The notes below the pieces were generated by a model, which was not told where the DNA came from, searched no databases, and saw only the letters and a program-made list of their open reading frames with translations. The translations under genes were made by a program, and so were the position numbers. This document shows, in pieces, positions 41,163-56,172 of a stretch of DNA of 64,000 nucleotides; the first letter of the stretch is position 1, and every line of letters starts with the position of its first letter. The DNA comes from Escherichia coli (GTDB lineage Bacteria; Pseudomonadota; Gammaproteobacteria; Enterobacterales; Enterobacteriaceae), in the NCBI RefSeq assembly GCF_017348835.2, contig NZ_CP071375.1; one strand, 5' to 3'.

Positions 41163-43823
41163 ATGAGTCAGCGAGGACTGGAAGCACTACTGCGACCAAA
41201 ATCGATAGCGGTAATTGGCGCGTCGATGAAACCCAATCGCGCAGGTTACCTGATGATGCGTAACCTGCTGGCGGGAGGCTTTAACGGACCGGTACTCCCG
41301 GTGACGCCAGCCTGGAAAGCGGTGTTGGGTGTGTTGGCCTGGCCGGATATTGCCAGCTTGCCCTTTACACCCGACCTTGCGGTTTTATGTACCAATGCCA
41401 GCCGTAATCTTGCTCTTCTGGAAGAGCTCGGCGAGAAAGGCTGTAAAACCTGCATTATTCTTTCCGCCCCGGCATCGCAACACGAAGATCTCCGCGCCTG
41501 CGCCCTGCGCCATAACATGCGCCTGCTTGGACCAAACAGTCTGGGTTTACTGGCTCCCTGGCAAGGTCTGAATGCCAGCTTTTCGCCGGTACCTATTAAA
41601 CGCGGCAAGCTGGCGTTTATTTCACAATCGGCTGCCGTCTCCAACACCATCCTCGACTGGGCGCAACAGCGTGAGATGGGCTTTTCCTACTTTATTGCGC
41701 TCGGCGACAGCCTGGATATCGACGTTGATGAATTGCTTGACTATCTGGCACGCGACAGTAAAACCAGCGCCATCCTGCTCTATCTCGAACAGTTAAGCGA
41801 CGCGCGACGCTTTGTTTCGGCGGCCCGTAGTGCCTCGCGTAATAAACCGATTCTGGTGATTAAAAGCGGACGTAGCCCGGCGGCACAGCGACTGCTCAAC
41901 ACGACGGCAGGAATGGACCCGGCATGGGATGCGGCTATTCAGCGTGCCGGTTTGTTGCGGGTACAGGACACCCACGAACTGTTTTCGGCGGTAGAAACCC
42001 TTAGCCATATGCGCCCGCTGCGTGGCGACCGGTTGATGATTATCAGCAACGGTGCTGCGCCTGCCGCGCTGGCGCTGGATGCCTTATGGTCACGCAATGG
42101 CAAGCAGGCAACACTAAGCGAAGAAACCTGCCAGAAACTGCGCGATGCACTGCCAGGACATGTGGCAATCTCTAACCCGCTCGATCTGCGCGATGACGCC
42201 AGCAGCGAGCATTATGTCAAAACGCTGGACATTCTGCTCCATAGCCAGGATTTTGATGCGCTGATGGTTATTCATTCGCCCAGCGCCGCTGCTCCCGCAA
42301 CAGAAAGTGCGCAAGCATTAATTGAAGCAGTAAAGCATCATCCCCGCAGCAAGTATGTTTCTCTGCTGACGAACTGGTGCGGCGAGCACTCCTCGCAAGA
42401 GGCACGACGTTTATTCAGCGAAGCCGGGCTGCCGACCTATCGTACCCCGGAAGGAACCATCACTGCTTTTATGCATATGGTGGAGTACCGGCGTAATCAG
42501 AAGCAACTACGCGAAACGCCGGCGTTGCCCAGCAATCTGACTTCCAATACCGCAAAAGCGCATCTTCTGTTGCAACAGGCGATTGCCGAAGGGGCTACGT
42601 CGCTCGATACCCATGAAGTTCAGCCCATCCTGCAAGCGTATGGCATGAACACGCTCCCTACCTGGATTGCCAGTGATAGCACGGAAGCGGTGCATATTGC
42701 CGAACAGATTGGTTATCCGGTGGCGCTGAAATTGCGTTCGCCGGATATTCCACATAAATCGGAAGTTCAGGGCGTCATGCTTTACTTGCGCACAGCCAAT
42801 GAAGTCCAGCAAGCGGCAAACGCTATTTTCGATCGCGTAAAAATGACCTGGCCGCAGGCGCGGGTCCACGGCCTGTTGGTGCAAAGTATGGCTAACCGTG
42901 CTGGCGCTCAGGAGTTGCGGGTTGTGGTTGAGCACGATCCGGTTTTTGGGCCGTTGATCATGCTGGGTGAAGGCGGTGTGGAGTGGCGTCCTGAAGATCA
43001 AGCCGTCGTCGCACTGCCGCCGCTGAATATGAACCTGGCCCGCTATCTGGTTATTCAGGGGATCAAAAGTAAAAAGATTCGTGCGCGCAGTGCGCTACGC
43101 CCATTGGATGTTGCAGGCTTGAGCCAGCTTCTGGTGCAGGTTTCCAACTTGATTGTCGATTGCCCGGAAATTCAGCGTCTGGATATTCATCCTTTGCTGG
43201 CTTCTGGCAGTGAATTTACCGCGCTGGATGTCACGCTGGATATCGCGCCGTTTGAAGGCGATAACGAGAGTCGGCTGGCAGTGCGCCCTTATCCGCATCA
43301 GCTGGAAGAATGGGTAGAATTGAAAAACGGTGAACGCTGCTTGTTCCGCCCGATTTTGCCAGAAGATGAGCCACAACTTCAGCAATTCATTTCGCGAGTC
43401 ACCAAAGAAGATCTTTATTACCGCTACTTTAGCGAGATCAACGAATTTACCCATGAAGATTTAGCCAACATGACGCAGATCGACTACGATCGGGAAATGG
43501 CGTTTGTAGCGGTACGACGTATTGATCAAACGGAAGAGATCCTCGGCGTCACGCGTGCGATCTCCGACCCTGATAACATCGATGCCGAATTTGCCGTGCT
43601 GGTTCGCTCGGATCTCAAAGGGTTAGGCTTAGGTCGACGCTTAATGGAAAAGTTGATTACCTATACGCGAGATCACGGACTACAACGTCTGAATGGTATT
43701 ACGATGCCAAATAATCGTGGCATGGTGGCGCTGGCCCGCAAGCTCGGGTTTAACGTTGATATCCAGCTCGAAGAGGGGATCGTTGGGCTTACGCTAAATC
43801 TTGCCCAACGCGAGGAATCATGA
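41163..43823 (+). CDS. patZ: Protein lysine acetyltransferase PatZ/Pka (YfiQ)
   Basis: 886 aa, N-terminal CoA-binding/acyl-CoA-synthetase-like domains and C-terminal GNAT domain. Confidence 0.93.
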   Translation: MSQRGLEALLRPKSIAVIGASMKPNRAGYLMMRNLLAGGFNGPVLPVTPAWKAVLGVLAWPDIASLPFTPDLAVLCTNASRNLALLEELGEKGCKTCIILSAPASQHEDLRACALRHNMRLLGPNSLGLLAPWQGLNASFSPVPIKRGKLAFISQSAAVSNTILDWAQQREMGFSYFIALGDSLDIDVDELLDYLARDSKTSAILLYLEQLSDARRFVSAARSASRNKPILVIKSGRSPAAQRLLNTTAGMDPAWDAAIQRAGLLRVQDTHELFSAVETLSHMRPLRGDRLMIISNGAAPAALALDALWSRNGKQATLSEETCQKLRDALPGHVAISNPLDLRDDASSEHYVKTLDILLHSQDFDALMVIHSPSAAAPATESAQALIEAVKHHPRSKYVSLLTNWCGEHSSQEARRLFSEAGLPTYRTPEGTITAFMHMVEYRRNQKQLRETPALPSNLTSNTAKAHLLLQQAIAEGATSLDTHEVQPILQAYGMNTLPTWIASDSTEAVHIAEQIGYPVALKLRSPDIPHKSEVQGVMLYLRTANEVQQAANAIFDRVKMTWPQARVHGLLVQSMANRAGAQELRVVVEHDPVFGPLIMLGEGGVEWRPEDQAVVALPPLNMNLARYLVIQGIKSKKIRARSALRPLDVAGLSQLLVQVSNLIVDCPEIQRLDIHPLLASGSEFTALDVTLDIAPFEGDNESRLAVRPYPHQLEEWVELKNGERCLFRPILPEDEPQLQQFISRVTKEDLYYRYFSEINEFTHEDLANMTQIDYDREMAFVAVRRIDQTEEILGVTRAISDPDNIDAEFAVLVRSDLKGLGLGRRLMEKLITYTRDHGLQRLNGITMPNNRGMVALARKLGFNVDIQLEEGIVGLTLNLAQREES

Positions 43824-43936
43824 GTAAGGTACTGGAAATGTTGACCACTTAATCGGGACTGGTGTTATTATTGCCCGCTTATGTCGTCTGCATTGCACAG
43901 AGGACCCTTCAATGAACAGAGAAGAAATGCACTGTG

Positions 43937-45292
43937 ATGTTGTCAAAATTTAAGCGTAATAAACATCAACAACACCTTGCCCAACTACCCAAGATTTCTC
44001 AATCAGTTGATGATGTCGATTTCTTTTACGCTCCCGCCGACTTCCGGGAGACGCTGCTGGAAAAAATAGCCAGCGCGAAGCAGCGCATTTGCATTGTCGC
44101 CCTGTATCTCGAACAGGATGACGGTGGCAAAGGCATTCTGAACGCGTTGTATGAAGCTAAAAGGCAGCGTCCGGAACTGGATGTGCGGGTGCTGGTCGAC
44201 TGGCATCGTGCACAACGTGGACGCATTGGCGCTGCGGCATCTAACACTAACGCTGACTGGTACTGCCGCATGGCGCAGGAAAATCCGGGCGTAGATGTTC
44301 CGGTTTATGGCGTTCCAATCAATACCCGTGAAGCCCTTGGTGTTCTGCACTTTAAAGGCTTTATCATCGACGATAGCGTACTTTATAGCGGTGCCAGCCT
44401 GAACGATGTTTACCTGCATCAGCACGATAAATATCGCTACGACCGTTATCATCTTATCCGTAACCGTAAGATGTCAGACATTATGTTTGAATGGGTTACA
44501 CAGAATATTATGAATGGCCGCGGCGTTAATCGTCTGGATGATGTTAATCGGCCAAAAAGCCCGGAAATCAAGAATGATATTCGTCTGTTCCGCCAGGAGC
44601 TGCGTGATGCCGCTTATCATTTCCAAGGCGATGCCGACAACGATCAGCTTTCCGTAACGCCGCTAGTGGGGCTGGGGAAATCGAGTCTGTTGAACAAGAC
44701 CATTTTCCATCTTATGCCTTGTGCCGAGCAGAAACTAACCATCTGTACGCCATACTTCAACCTGCCAGCAATCCTTGTGCGCAATATTATCCAGTTGCTG
44801 CGCGAAGGGAAAAAGGTCGAAATTATTGTTGGTGATAAAACCGCGAACGACTTCTACATTCCGGAAGATGAACCTTTCAAGATAATTGGCGCATTGCCTT
44901 ATCTCTATGAGATCAATCTGCGTCGTTTCCTGAGCCGTTTGCAGTATTACGTCAATACTGACCAGCTAGTGGTTCGGTTATGGAAAGATGACGACAACAC
45001 CTATCACCTAAAAGGGATGTGGGTTGATGATAAGTGGATGTTGATCACCGGTAATAACCTGAACCCGCGCGCCTGGCGTCTGGATCTGGAAAACGCCATT
45101 TTGATCCACGATCCACAACTGGAGCTTGCGCCGCAGCGAGAGAAAGAACTGGAGCTGATCCGCGAGCATACCACCATCGTTAAGCACTATCGCGATCTGC
45201 AAAGTATTGCCGATTATCCGGTGAAGGTTCGTAAACTCATCCGCCGTTTGCGCCGTATCCGCATCGACCGATTAATTAGCCGCATCCTGTAA
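43937..45292 (+). CDS. pssA: Phosphatidylserine synthase (PLD superfamily)
   Basis: MLSKFKRNKHQQHLAQLPK... with two HKD-type motifs; ATG at 43937 chosen over adjacent GTG. Confidence 0.95.
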   Translation: MLSKFKRNKHQQHLAQLPKISQSVDDVDFFYAPADFRETLLEKIASAKQRICIVALYLEQDDGGKGILNALYEAKRQRPELDVRVLVDWHRAQRGRIGAAASNTNADWYCRMAQENPGVDVPVYGVPINTREALGVLHFKGFIIDDSVLYSGASLNDVYLHQHDKYRYDRYHLIRNRKMSDIMFEWVTQNIMNGRGVNRLDDVNRPKSPEIKNDIRLFRQELRDAAYHFQGDADNDQLSVTPLVGLGKSSLLNKTIFHLMPCAEQKLTICTPYFNLPAILVRNIIQLLREGKKVEIIVGDKTANDFYIPEDEPFKIIGALPYLYEINLRRFLSRLQYYVNTDQLVVRLWKDDDNTYHLKGMWVDDKWMLITGNNLNPRAWRLDLENAILIHDPQLELAPQREKELELIREHTTIVKHYRDLQSIADYPVKVRKLIRRLRRIRIDRLISRIL

Positions 45293-45296
45293 TCAC

Positions 45297-45325
45297 AACC
45301 CCGTCCTGTACGGGGTTTGTTTTTT
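45297..45325 (+). terminator. pssA rho-independent terminator
   Basis: AACCCCGT-CCTGTA-CGGGGTT hairpin plus T-run. Confidence 0.7.
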
Positions 45326-45337
45326 GGAGGCCACGTT

Positions 45338-45661
45338 TTGCGTATTCTTTTTGTCTGTTCGCTATTGTTACTTTCTGGATGCAGCCATATGGCTAACGAT
45401 AGCTGGAGCGGGCAGGATAAAGCTCAACACTTTATCGCCTCGGCGATGCTTTCCGCCGCCGGAAATGAATATTCACAGCATCAGGGGATGAGCCGGGATC
45501 GCAGTGCCATGTTTGGATTGATGTTCTCTGTCAGTTTGGGGGCGTCAAAAGAGCTTTGGGATAGCCGCCCCGAAGGGAGCGGCTGGAGCTGGAAGGATTT
45601 GGCCTGGGATGTCGCCGGTGCAAGCACCGGCTATACCGTCTGGCAACTGACCCGTCACTAA
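45338..45661 (+). CDS. yfiM: Lipoprotein YfiM
   Basis: [15 protein letters not shown] lipobox; TTG start 7 nt after GGAGG; overlaps kgtP 3' end by 4 nt. Confidence 0.8.
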
Positions 45662-46956
45662 AGACGCATCCCCTTCCCTTTGCGATGTAGCATCAAAGAA
45701 ACCAGAAACGCCACCACGGCCATCAAGGTCACATACCAGAAGAAGGCTGTTTCCATTCCTATTGATTTCAGCGACAACGCTACGTACTCCGCCGAACCAC
45801 CAAATATAGCATTAGCGACCGCATATGACAGACCAACGCCTAATGCGCGAACCTGTGCCGGGAACATCTCAGCCTTCAGTATTCCACTGATTGATGTATA
45901 AAAACTCACTATCAGCAGGGCACACATCACCAGACCAAAAGCGGCATAAGGCGAGGAAACGTTTTGCAATGCTGAGAGAATAGGAACGGTAAAAATGGCT
46001 GCCAGCGAACCGAAACATAACATTGAGGTACGGCGACCAATCTTATCCGACAGCGCGCCAATGAGTGGTTGAATAAGCATGAATACAAACAATGCGGCAG
46101 TCATAATGCCACTCGCCACGTTGGCATGCATTCCCGCAGTATTTACCAGATACTTCTGCATATAAGTGGTGAAGGTATAGAAACAAAGGGAGCCCGCAGC
46201 GGTAAAACCGAGAACCATGATGAATGCACGGCGATTGCGCCATAATCCTTTCAGAGATCCAGCTTCTTTTAAAGCGCGCGTTTCTTGTTGCGAAGTTTCA
46301 TCTAACTGACGACGTAACCACAACGCCACAACAGCTAACACAGCTCCTAACGCGAAAGGAATACGCCATCCCCACTCTCTGAGTGCAGCGTCTTCCATGG
46401 TGTGTTGTAAAACCACGACAACCAGTAGGGCTAGCAGTTGTCCGCCGATCAACGTCACATACTGAAATGATGCGTAAAAACCTTTGCGCCCTTCAACGGC
46501 AACTTCACTCATATAGGTGGCGCTGGTGCCATATTCTCCGCCAACGGATAATCCCTGAAATAAACGCGCGAGAAGCAATAATGCCGGAGCCCACGTACCG
46601 ATTGTTTCATAACCAGGCAAACAGGCGATTACCAGTGAGCCGAAACACATCATACACACCGATAGCAGCATCGATTTTTTGCGACCATGTTTATCGGCTA
46701 TGCGGCCAAATAGCCAACCGCCTATTGGGCGCATCAGGAATCCCGCAGCAAAAACACCTGCTGTTTGTAGTAGTTGAGTCGTCGTGTTCCCGGAAGGGAA
46801 GAAGATGTGGGCAAAGTAGAGTGAACAGAACGAGTAGACATAGAAATCGAACCACTCGACCAGATTACCTGAAGAGGCCCCCACAATCGCCCAAATGCGG
46901 CGACGAGTATCACTACTTGTCAGTTTGCTGTCTGCCGTTACAGTACTTTCAGCCAT
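45658..46956 (-). CDS. kgtP: Alpha-ketoglutarate:H+ symporter (MFS)
   Basis: [41 protein letters not shown]..., 432 aa; start trimmed. Confidence 0.95.
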
Positions 46957-47240
46957 GCCATTATGTCTCCTGCCGTAATCCGATGCTTTTGTCGGTCGCT
47001 TTTGTTTATTTCTTTTGGTAAAGAAAATGTTATACATTTGTTGCGTATCATTATGCAACCTTAACCATGAATTTAGTTAGCAGGAAAATGGTTATTGAGG
47101 AGCTTAAGGATAAATTTCTGGTAAGGAGGACACGTATGGAAGTAGGCAAGTTGGGGAAACCGTATCCGTTGCTGAATCTGGCATATGTGGGAGTATAAGA
47201 CGCGCAGCGTCGCATCAGGCATTTTTTTCTGCGCCAATGC

Positions 47241-47266
47241 AAAAAGGCCATCCTGACGGATGACCT
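47241..47266 (-). terminator. rrnG operon terminator
   Basis: Reverse-strand hairpin AGGUCAUCC-GUCA-GGAUGGCCU followed by UUUUU, downstream of 5S. Confidence 0.65.
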
Positions 47267-47279
47267 TTCGCTTAATTTG

Positions 47280-47399
47280 ATGCCTGGCAGTTCCCTACTC
47301 TCGCATGGGGAGACCCCACACTACCATCGGCGCTACGGCGTTTCACTTCTGAGTTCGGCATGGGGTCAGGTGGGACCACCGCGCTACTGCCGCCAGGCA
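47280..47399 (-). rRNA. rrfG: 5S ribosomal RNA
   Basis: 120 nt matching E. coli 5S (TGCCTGGCGGCAGTAGCGCGGTGGTCCCACC...) on reverse strand. Confidence 0.97.
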
Positions 47400-47493
47400 A
47401 ATTCTGTCGTATTAACCCGCTTACCGCCGGTTAATCTAATCTGTATCAGGCTGAAAATCTTCTCTCAATCCGCCAAAACACCTTCGGCGTTGT

Positions 47494-50398
<2,905 letters not shown>

Positions 50399-50591
50399 TC
50401 ACAACCCGAAGATGTTTCTTGCGATCCATCATCTTGTTGCGAAAATTTGAGAGACTCACGAACAACTTTCGTTGTTCAGTGTTTCAATTTTCAGCTTGAT
50501 CCAGATTTTTAAAGAGCAAATATCTCAAACATCACCCGAAGATGAGTTTTGAGATATTAAGGCAGGTGACTTTCACTCACAAACCAGCAAG

Positions 50592-50667
50592 TGGCGTCCC
50601 CTAGGGGATTCGAACCCCTGTTACCGCCGTGAAAGGGCGGTGTCCTGGGCCTCTAGACGAAGGGGAC
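50592..50667 (-). tRNA. gltW: tRNA-Glu (UUC) in 16S-23S spacer
   Basis: Reverse strand GTCCCCTTCGTCTAGAGGCCCAGGACACCGCCCTTTCACGGCGGTAACAGGGGTTCGAATCCCCTAGGGGACGCCA. Confidence 0.96.
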
Positions 50668-50752
50668 GTATCAGTCTGCTTCGCAAGACGCCTTGCTTTT
50701 CACTTTCTATCAGACAATCTGTGTGAGCACTACAAAGAACGCTTCTTTAAGG

Positions 50753-52293
<1,541 letters not shown>

Positions 52294-52425
52294 TAAAAGT
52301 TTGATGCTCAAAGAATTAAACTTCGTAATGAATTACGTGTTCACTCTTGAGACTTGGTATTCATTTTTCGTCTTGCGACGTTAAGAATCCGTATCTTCGA
52401 GTGCCCACACAGATTGTCTGATAAA

Positions 52426-52438
52426 TTGTTAAAGAGCA
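52426..52438 (-). promoter_or_regulatory. rrn leader boxA antitermination element
   Basis: Reverse strand TGCTCTTTAACAA in the leader between P2 and 16S. Confidence 0.7.
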
Positions 52439-52475
52439 GTGCCGCTTCGCTTTTTCTCAGCGGCGCGAGGTGTGC

Positions 52476-52503
52476 ATAATACGCTTTCCCGCTACAGAGT
52501 CAA
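52476..52503 (-). promoter_or_regulatory. rrnG P2 promoter
   Basis: Reverse strand TTGACT-N16-TATTAT. Confidence 0.75.
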
Positions 52504-52594
52504 GCATTTATTTTTGCTTTCTCTGCCGGAATTCTCAGGAGAACCCCGCTGACCCGGCGGCGTGTTTGCCGTTGTTCCGTGTCAGTGGTGGCGC

Positions 52595-52645
52595 ATTATA
52601 GGGAGTTATTCCGGCCTGACAAGCGAAAAATATAAAAACTTTATC
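52595..52645 (-). promoter_or_regulatory. rrnG P1 promoter with UP element
   Basis: Reverse strand A/T-rich UP element, TTGTCA -35 and TATAAT -10. Confidence 0.8.
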
Positions 52646-52713
52646 GTTCGCTCATTTTTCAGACAAAACATCTTAAATATAGTCTTTTCCGTCTAACTTA
52701 TAGACAAAAACGA

Positions 52714-52737
52714 GCCCCGAAGGGCTCGTTTTATCAT
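52714..52737. terminator. clpB terminator hairpin
   Basis: ACGAGCCC-CGAA-GGGCTCGT with flanking T/A runs, directly after clpB stop. Confidence 0.7.
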
Positions 52738-55311
52738 TTACTGGACGGCGACAATCCGGTCTTCATTAACTTCCAGGCGAATCACTTTACCCGGAACCAA
52801 TTCACCAGACAGTATTTGCTGTGCCAGCGGGTTTTCGATCTGCTGCTGAATTGCACGTTTCAGAGGACGTGCACCATAGACCGGATCGTAACCGTTCTCG
52901 CTCAGCAGTTTCAGCGCCTCGTCAGAAATGTGGATTTCATAACCACGTTCTTCCAGACGTTTATACAGACGTTTCAATTGAATCTGCGCAATCGACGCAA
53001 TGTGCTGTTCACCCAGCGGATGGAAGACCACCACTTCATCGATACGGTTAATGAATTCCGGACGGAAGTTATGGCTAACCACACCGAGCACCAGCTCTTT
53101 CATGTGCGCATAATCCAGTTCACCGAAGCGTTCCTGAATCAGATCGGAACCGAGGTTAGAGGTCATAATGACAACCGTATTACGGAAGTCGACCGTTCTC
53201 CCCTGCCCGTCAGTCAGACGCCCATCATCCAGTACCTGCAACAGAATATTGAAGACATCCGGATGCGCTTTTTCCACTTCATCCAGCAGGATGACGGAAT
53301 ACGGACGACGACGCACCGCTTCGGTCAGGTAGCCACCTTCTTCATAACCGACATATCCCGGAGGCGCACCAACCAGACGAGACACCGAGTGTTTCTCCAT
53401 AAACTCGGACATATCGATACGGACCATCGCCTCGTCGCTATCAAACATAAAGTTCGCCAGCGCCTTACAAAGCTCTGTTTTCCCCACACCAGTTGGGCCG
53501 AGGAACAGGAATGAACCAATCGGGCGATTTGGATCCGCCAGCCCCGCACGGCTACGACGAATAGCGTTAGATACCGCATCAACCGCTTCGTTCTGACCAA
53601 TTACGCGATGGTGCAGTTCTTGCTCCATACGCAGCAGTTTTTCGCGCTCGCTTTCCATCATGCGAGAAACCGGAATCCCCGTCCAACGCGCCAGCACTTC
53701 AGCAATTTCAGCGTCGGTCACTTTATTACGCAACAGACGCATAGTTTTGCCTTCGAGCTGCGTTGCGGCTTCCAGTTGCTTTTCCAGTTCCGGGATTTTG
53801 CCGTATTGCAGTTCAGACATCCGCGCCAGGTCACCCACACGGCGAGCCTGTTCAATAGCGATTTTCGCCTGTTCCAGTTCCGCTTTAATGGTCTGCGTAC
53901 CAGAAAGCGATGCCTTCTCTGCTTTCCACTCTTCTTCTAACTCGGAGTACTGACGTTCTTTGTCGCTCAGTTCTTCGTTGAGCATATCCAGACGTTTTTT
54001 ACTGGCTTCATCAGACTCTTTCATTAACGCCTGTTGTTCCAGTTTGAGCTGGATGATACGGCGATCGAGTCGGTCGAGTTCTTCTGGTTTTGAGTCAATC
54101 TGCATACGAATGCTGGATGCTGCTTCATCGATCAGGTCGATGGCTTTATCCGGCAGCTGACGGTCAGCAATGTAGCGATGAGACAACGTCGCCGCTGCAA
54201 CAATTGCCGGGTCAGTAATTTGCACATGGTGGTGCAATTCGTAACGTTCTTTCAGGCCACGCAGAATCGCAATGGTATCTTCAACAGAAGGCTCGGCAAC
54301 AAACACTTTCTGGAAACGACGTTCCAGCGCAGCATCTTTTTCGATGTACTGGCGATATTCGTCAAGCGTCGTGGCACCTACGCAGTGCAATTCACCACGC
54401 GCCAGCGCCGGTTTCAGCATGTTTCCGGCGTCCATTGCGCCATCGGCTTTACCCGCGCCGACCATGGTATGTAATTCGTCGATAAACAGGATGACGTTGC
54501 CTTCCTGTTTGGCAAGGTCGTTAAGCACGCCTTTTAAACGTTCTTCAAACTCACCGCGATATTTCGCCCCAGCCACCAGCGCGCCCATATCCAGCGCCAG
54601 TACCCGGCGGCCTTTCAACCCTTCCGGCACTTCGCCGTTGATAATACGCTGCGCCAGACCTTCAACGATGGCAGTTTTACCGACGCCGGGTTCACCAATC
54701 AGTACCGGGTTATTTTTAGTACGACGTTGCAGCACCTGAATGGTACGGCGAATTTCTTCATCACGACCAATCACCGGATCGAGTTTGCCCTGTTCGGCTC
54801 GTTCGGTAAGGTCGATGGTATATTTTTTCAAAGCCTGACGTTGGTCTTCAGCACCTTGATCGTTCACGCTTTCACCTCCACGCATTTGTTCAATCGCTTG
54901 AGTAATGTTGGCGGTGGTCGCCCCTGCTGCTTTCAGGATGTCGGCCAGTGTGCCGCGAGACTCAAGTGCCGCCAGAACGAACAGTTCTGACGAGATAAAG
55001 TTATCACCACGTTTTTGCGCCAGCTTGTCGCAAAGATTAAGAACGCGCACCAGATCCTGTGATGGCTGGACATCACCACCAGTACCTTCAACCTGCGGTA
55101 AACGATTTAATGCCTGATTGATATCTGTGCGCAACTGGCCAGCATTTATGCCAGCGGATGTTAATAAAGGACTAACCGAACCCCCTTCCTGATTCAGCAG
55201 GGCGCTCATTAAATGAAGTGGTTCGATAAATTGGTTGTCGTGCCCGAGTGCAAGTGATTGGGCATCGGCAAGAGCAAGCTGGAATTTATTAGTAAGACGA
55301 TCCAGACGCAT
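52738..55311 (-). CDS. clpB: Disaggregase chaperone ClpB
   Basis: Two AAA+ modules (GEPGVGKT and GPTGVGKT Walker A); 857 aa; start trimmed to [10 protein letters not shown]. Confidence 0.97.
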
Positions 55312-55348
55312 AACTCCTCCCATAACGGATCAAAGTTGCTACTGGAGA

Positions 55349-55378
55349 TTAAATGAGGTCATCCCTCAATTATTCAAG
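55349..55378 (-). promoter_or_regulatory. Sigma32 heat-shock promoter of clpB
   Basis: Reverse strand CTTGAAT-N13-CCTCATTTA. Confidence 0.7.
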
Positions 55379-55440
55379 GTTATTGACCAGATTAATGTGA
55401 AAAGAAAATCACGCGTACCGGATCGTCTTGATTCTTTAGG

Positions 55441-56172
55441 TTATATCAGCCAAATGAAACTTGCCATACGACCGGTGGTCTTGTCGCGACGATAAGAGAA
55501 GAAAGTCTCATTTTCCGTATATGTACAACGGTCGCCGCCGAAAATTTGTTCAACACCAACGCTCGCCAGACGCTGCCGGGCAAGCTGATAAATGTCCGCC
55601 AGATACTTATCACCATGCTGAATGAAAGCTGTACTCGCTTCGGCGTCTACTGCCATAAACGCCTCGCGAACCTCCGCCCCCACTTCAAACGCGCGTGGAC
55701 CAATTGCCGGCCCTAACCAGGCGAGAATATTTTCTGGATTATCAGCAAAACAGGAAACTGTCTCTTCCAGCACGCCTGCGCACAGTCCACGCCAGCCAGC
55801 ATGAGCGGCGGCGACTTCCGTTCCCGCTCGATTGCAAAACAGCACAGGGAGGCAGTCGGCAGTCATCACTGCGCAAACCGTGCCGGGCGTATTGCTATAA
55901 GAGGCATCTGCTCGTTTTGAGGCATAAGGTTCGCCAGTAAGCTTAAGCACATCTTTGCCGTGTACCTGCTCAAGCCAGACCGGTTTAGAAGGCAAATTGC
56001 CCGCAGCAAAAAGTCGCTTGCGATTCTCCTCAACGTGATCCGGGTTATCGCCACAATGGGCACCGAGGTTGAGCGAGTCATACGGGGGCAAGCTCACGCC
56101 GCCGATACGAGTAGAGCTACAGGCCGCAACACCTTTTGGCAGCGGCCACTGCGGAACAATCAGCTTACTCAT
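55441..56172 (-). CDS. yfiH: Purine nucleoside phosphorylase/laccase-domain protein YfiH (PgeF)
   Basis: 243 aa, MSKLIVPQWPLPKGVAACSSTR... Confidence 0.9.
   Translation of the reverse strand: MSKLIVPQWPLPKGVAACSSTRIGGVSLPPYDSLNLGAHCGDNPDHVEENRKRLFAAGNLPSKPVWLEQVHGKDVLKLTGEPYASKRADASYSNTPGTVCAVMTADCLPVLFCNRAGTEVAAAHAGWRGLCAGVLEETVSCFADNPENILAWLGPAIGPRAFEVGAEVREAFMAVDAEASTAFIQHGDKYLADIYQLARQRLASVGVEQIFGGDRCTYTENETFFSYRRDKTTGRMASFIWLI

Noticed and set aside
52816-54990. Several 60-230 aa + strand ORFs antisense to clpB
   Set aside because: All fall within the clpB coding region on the opposite strand; shadow ORFs.
52738-55311. Internal alternative start within clpB giving a shorter ClpB isoform
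   Set aside because: Known from established knowledge for E. coli clpB, but I did not verify the internal GTG and its ribosome-binding site position in this sequence, so it is not listed as a separate feature.
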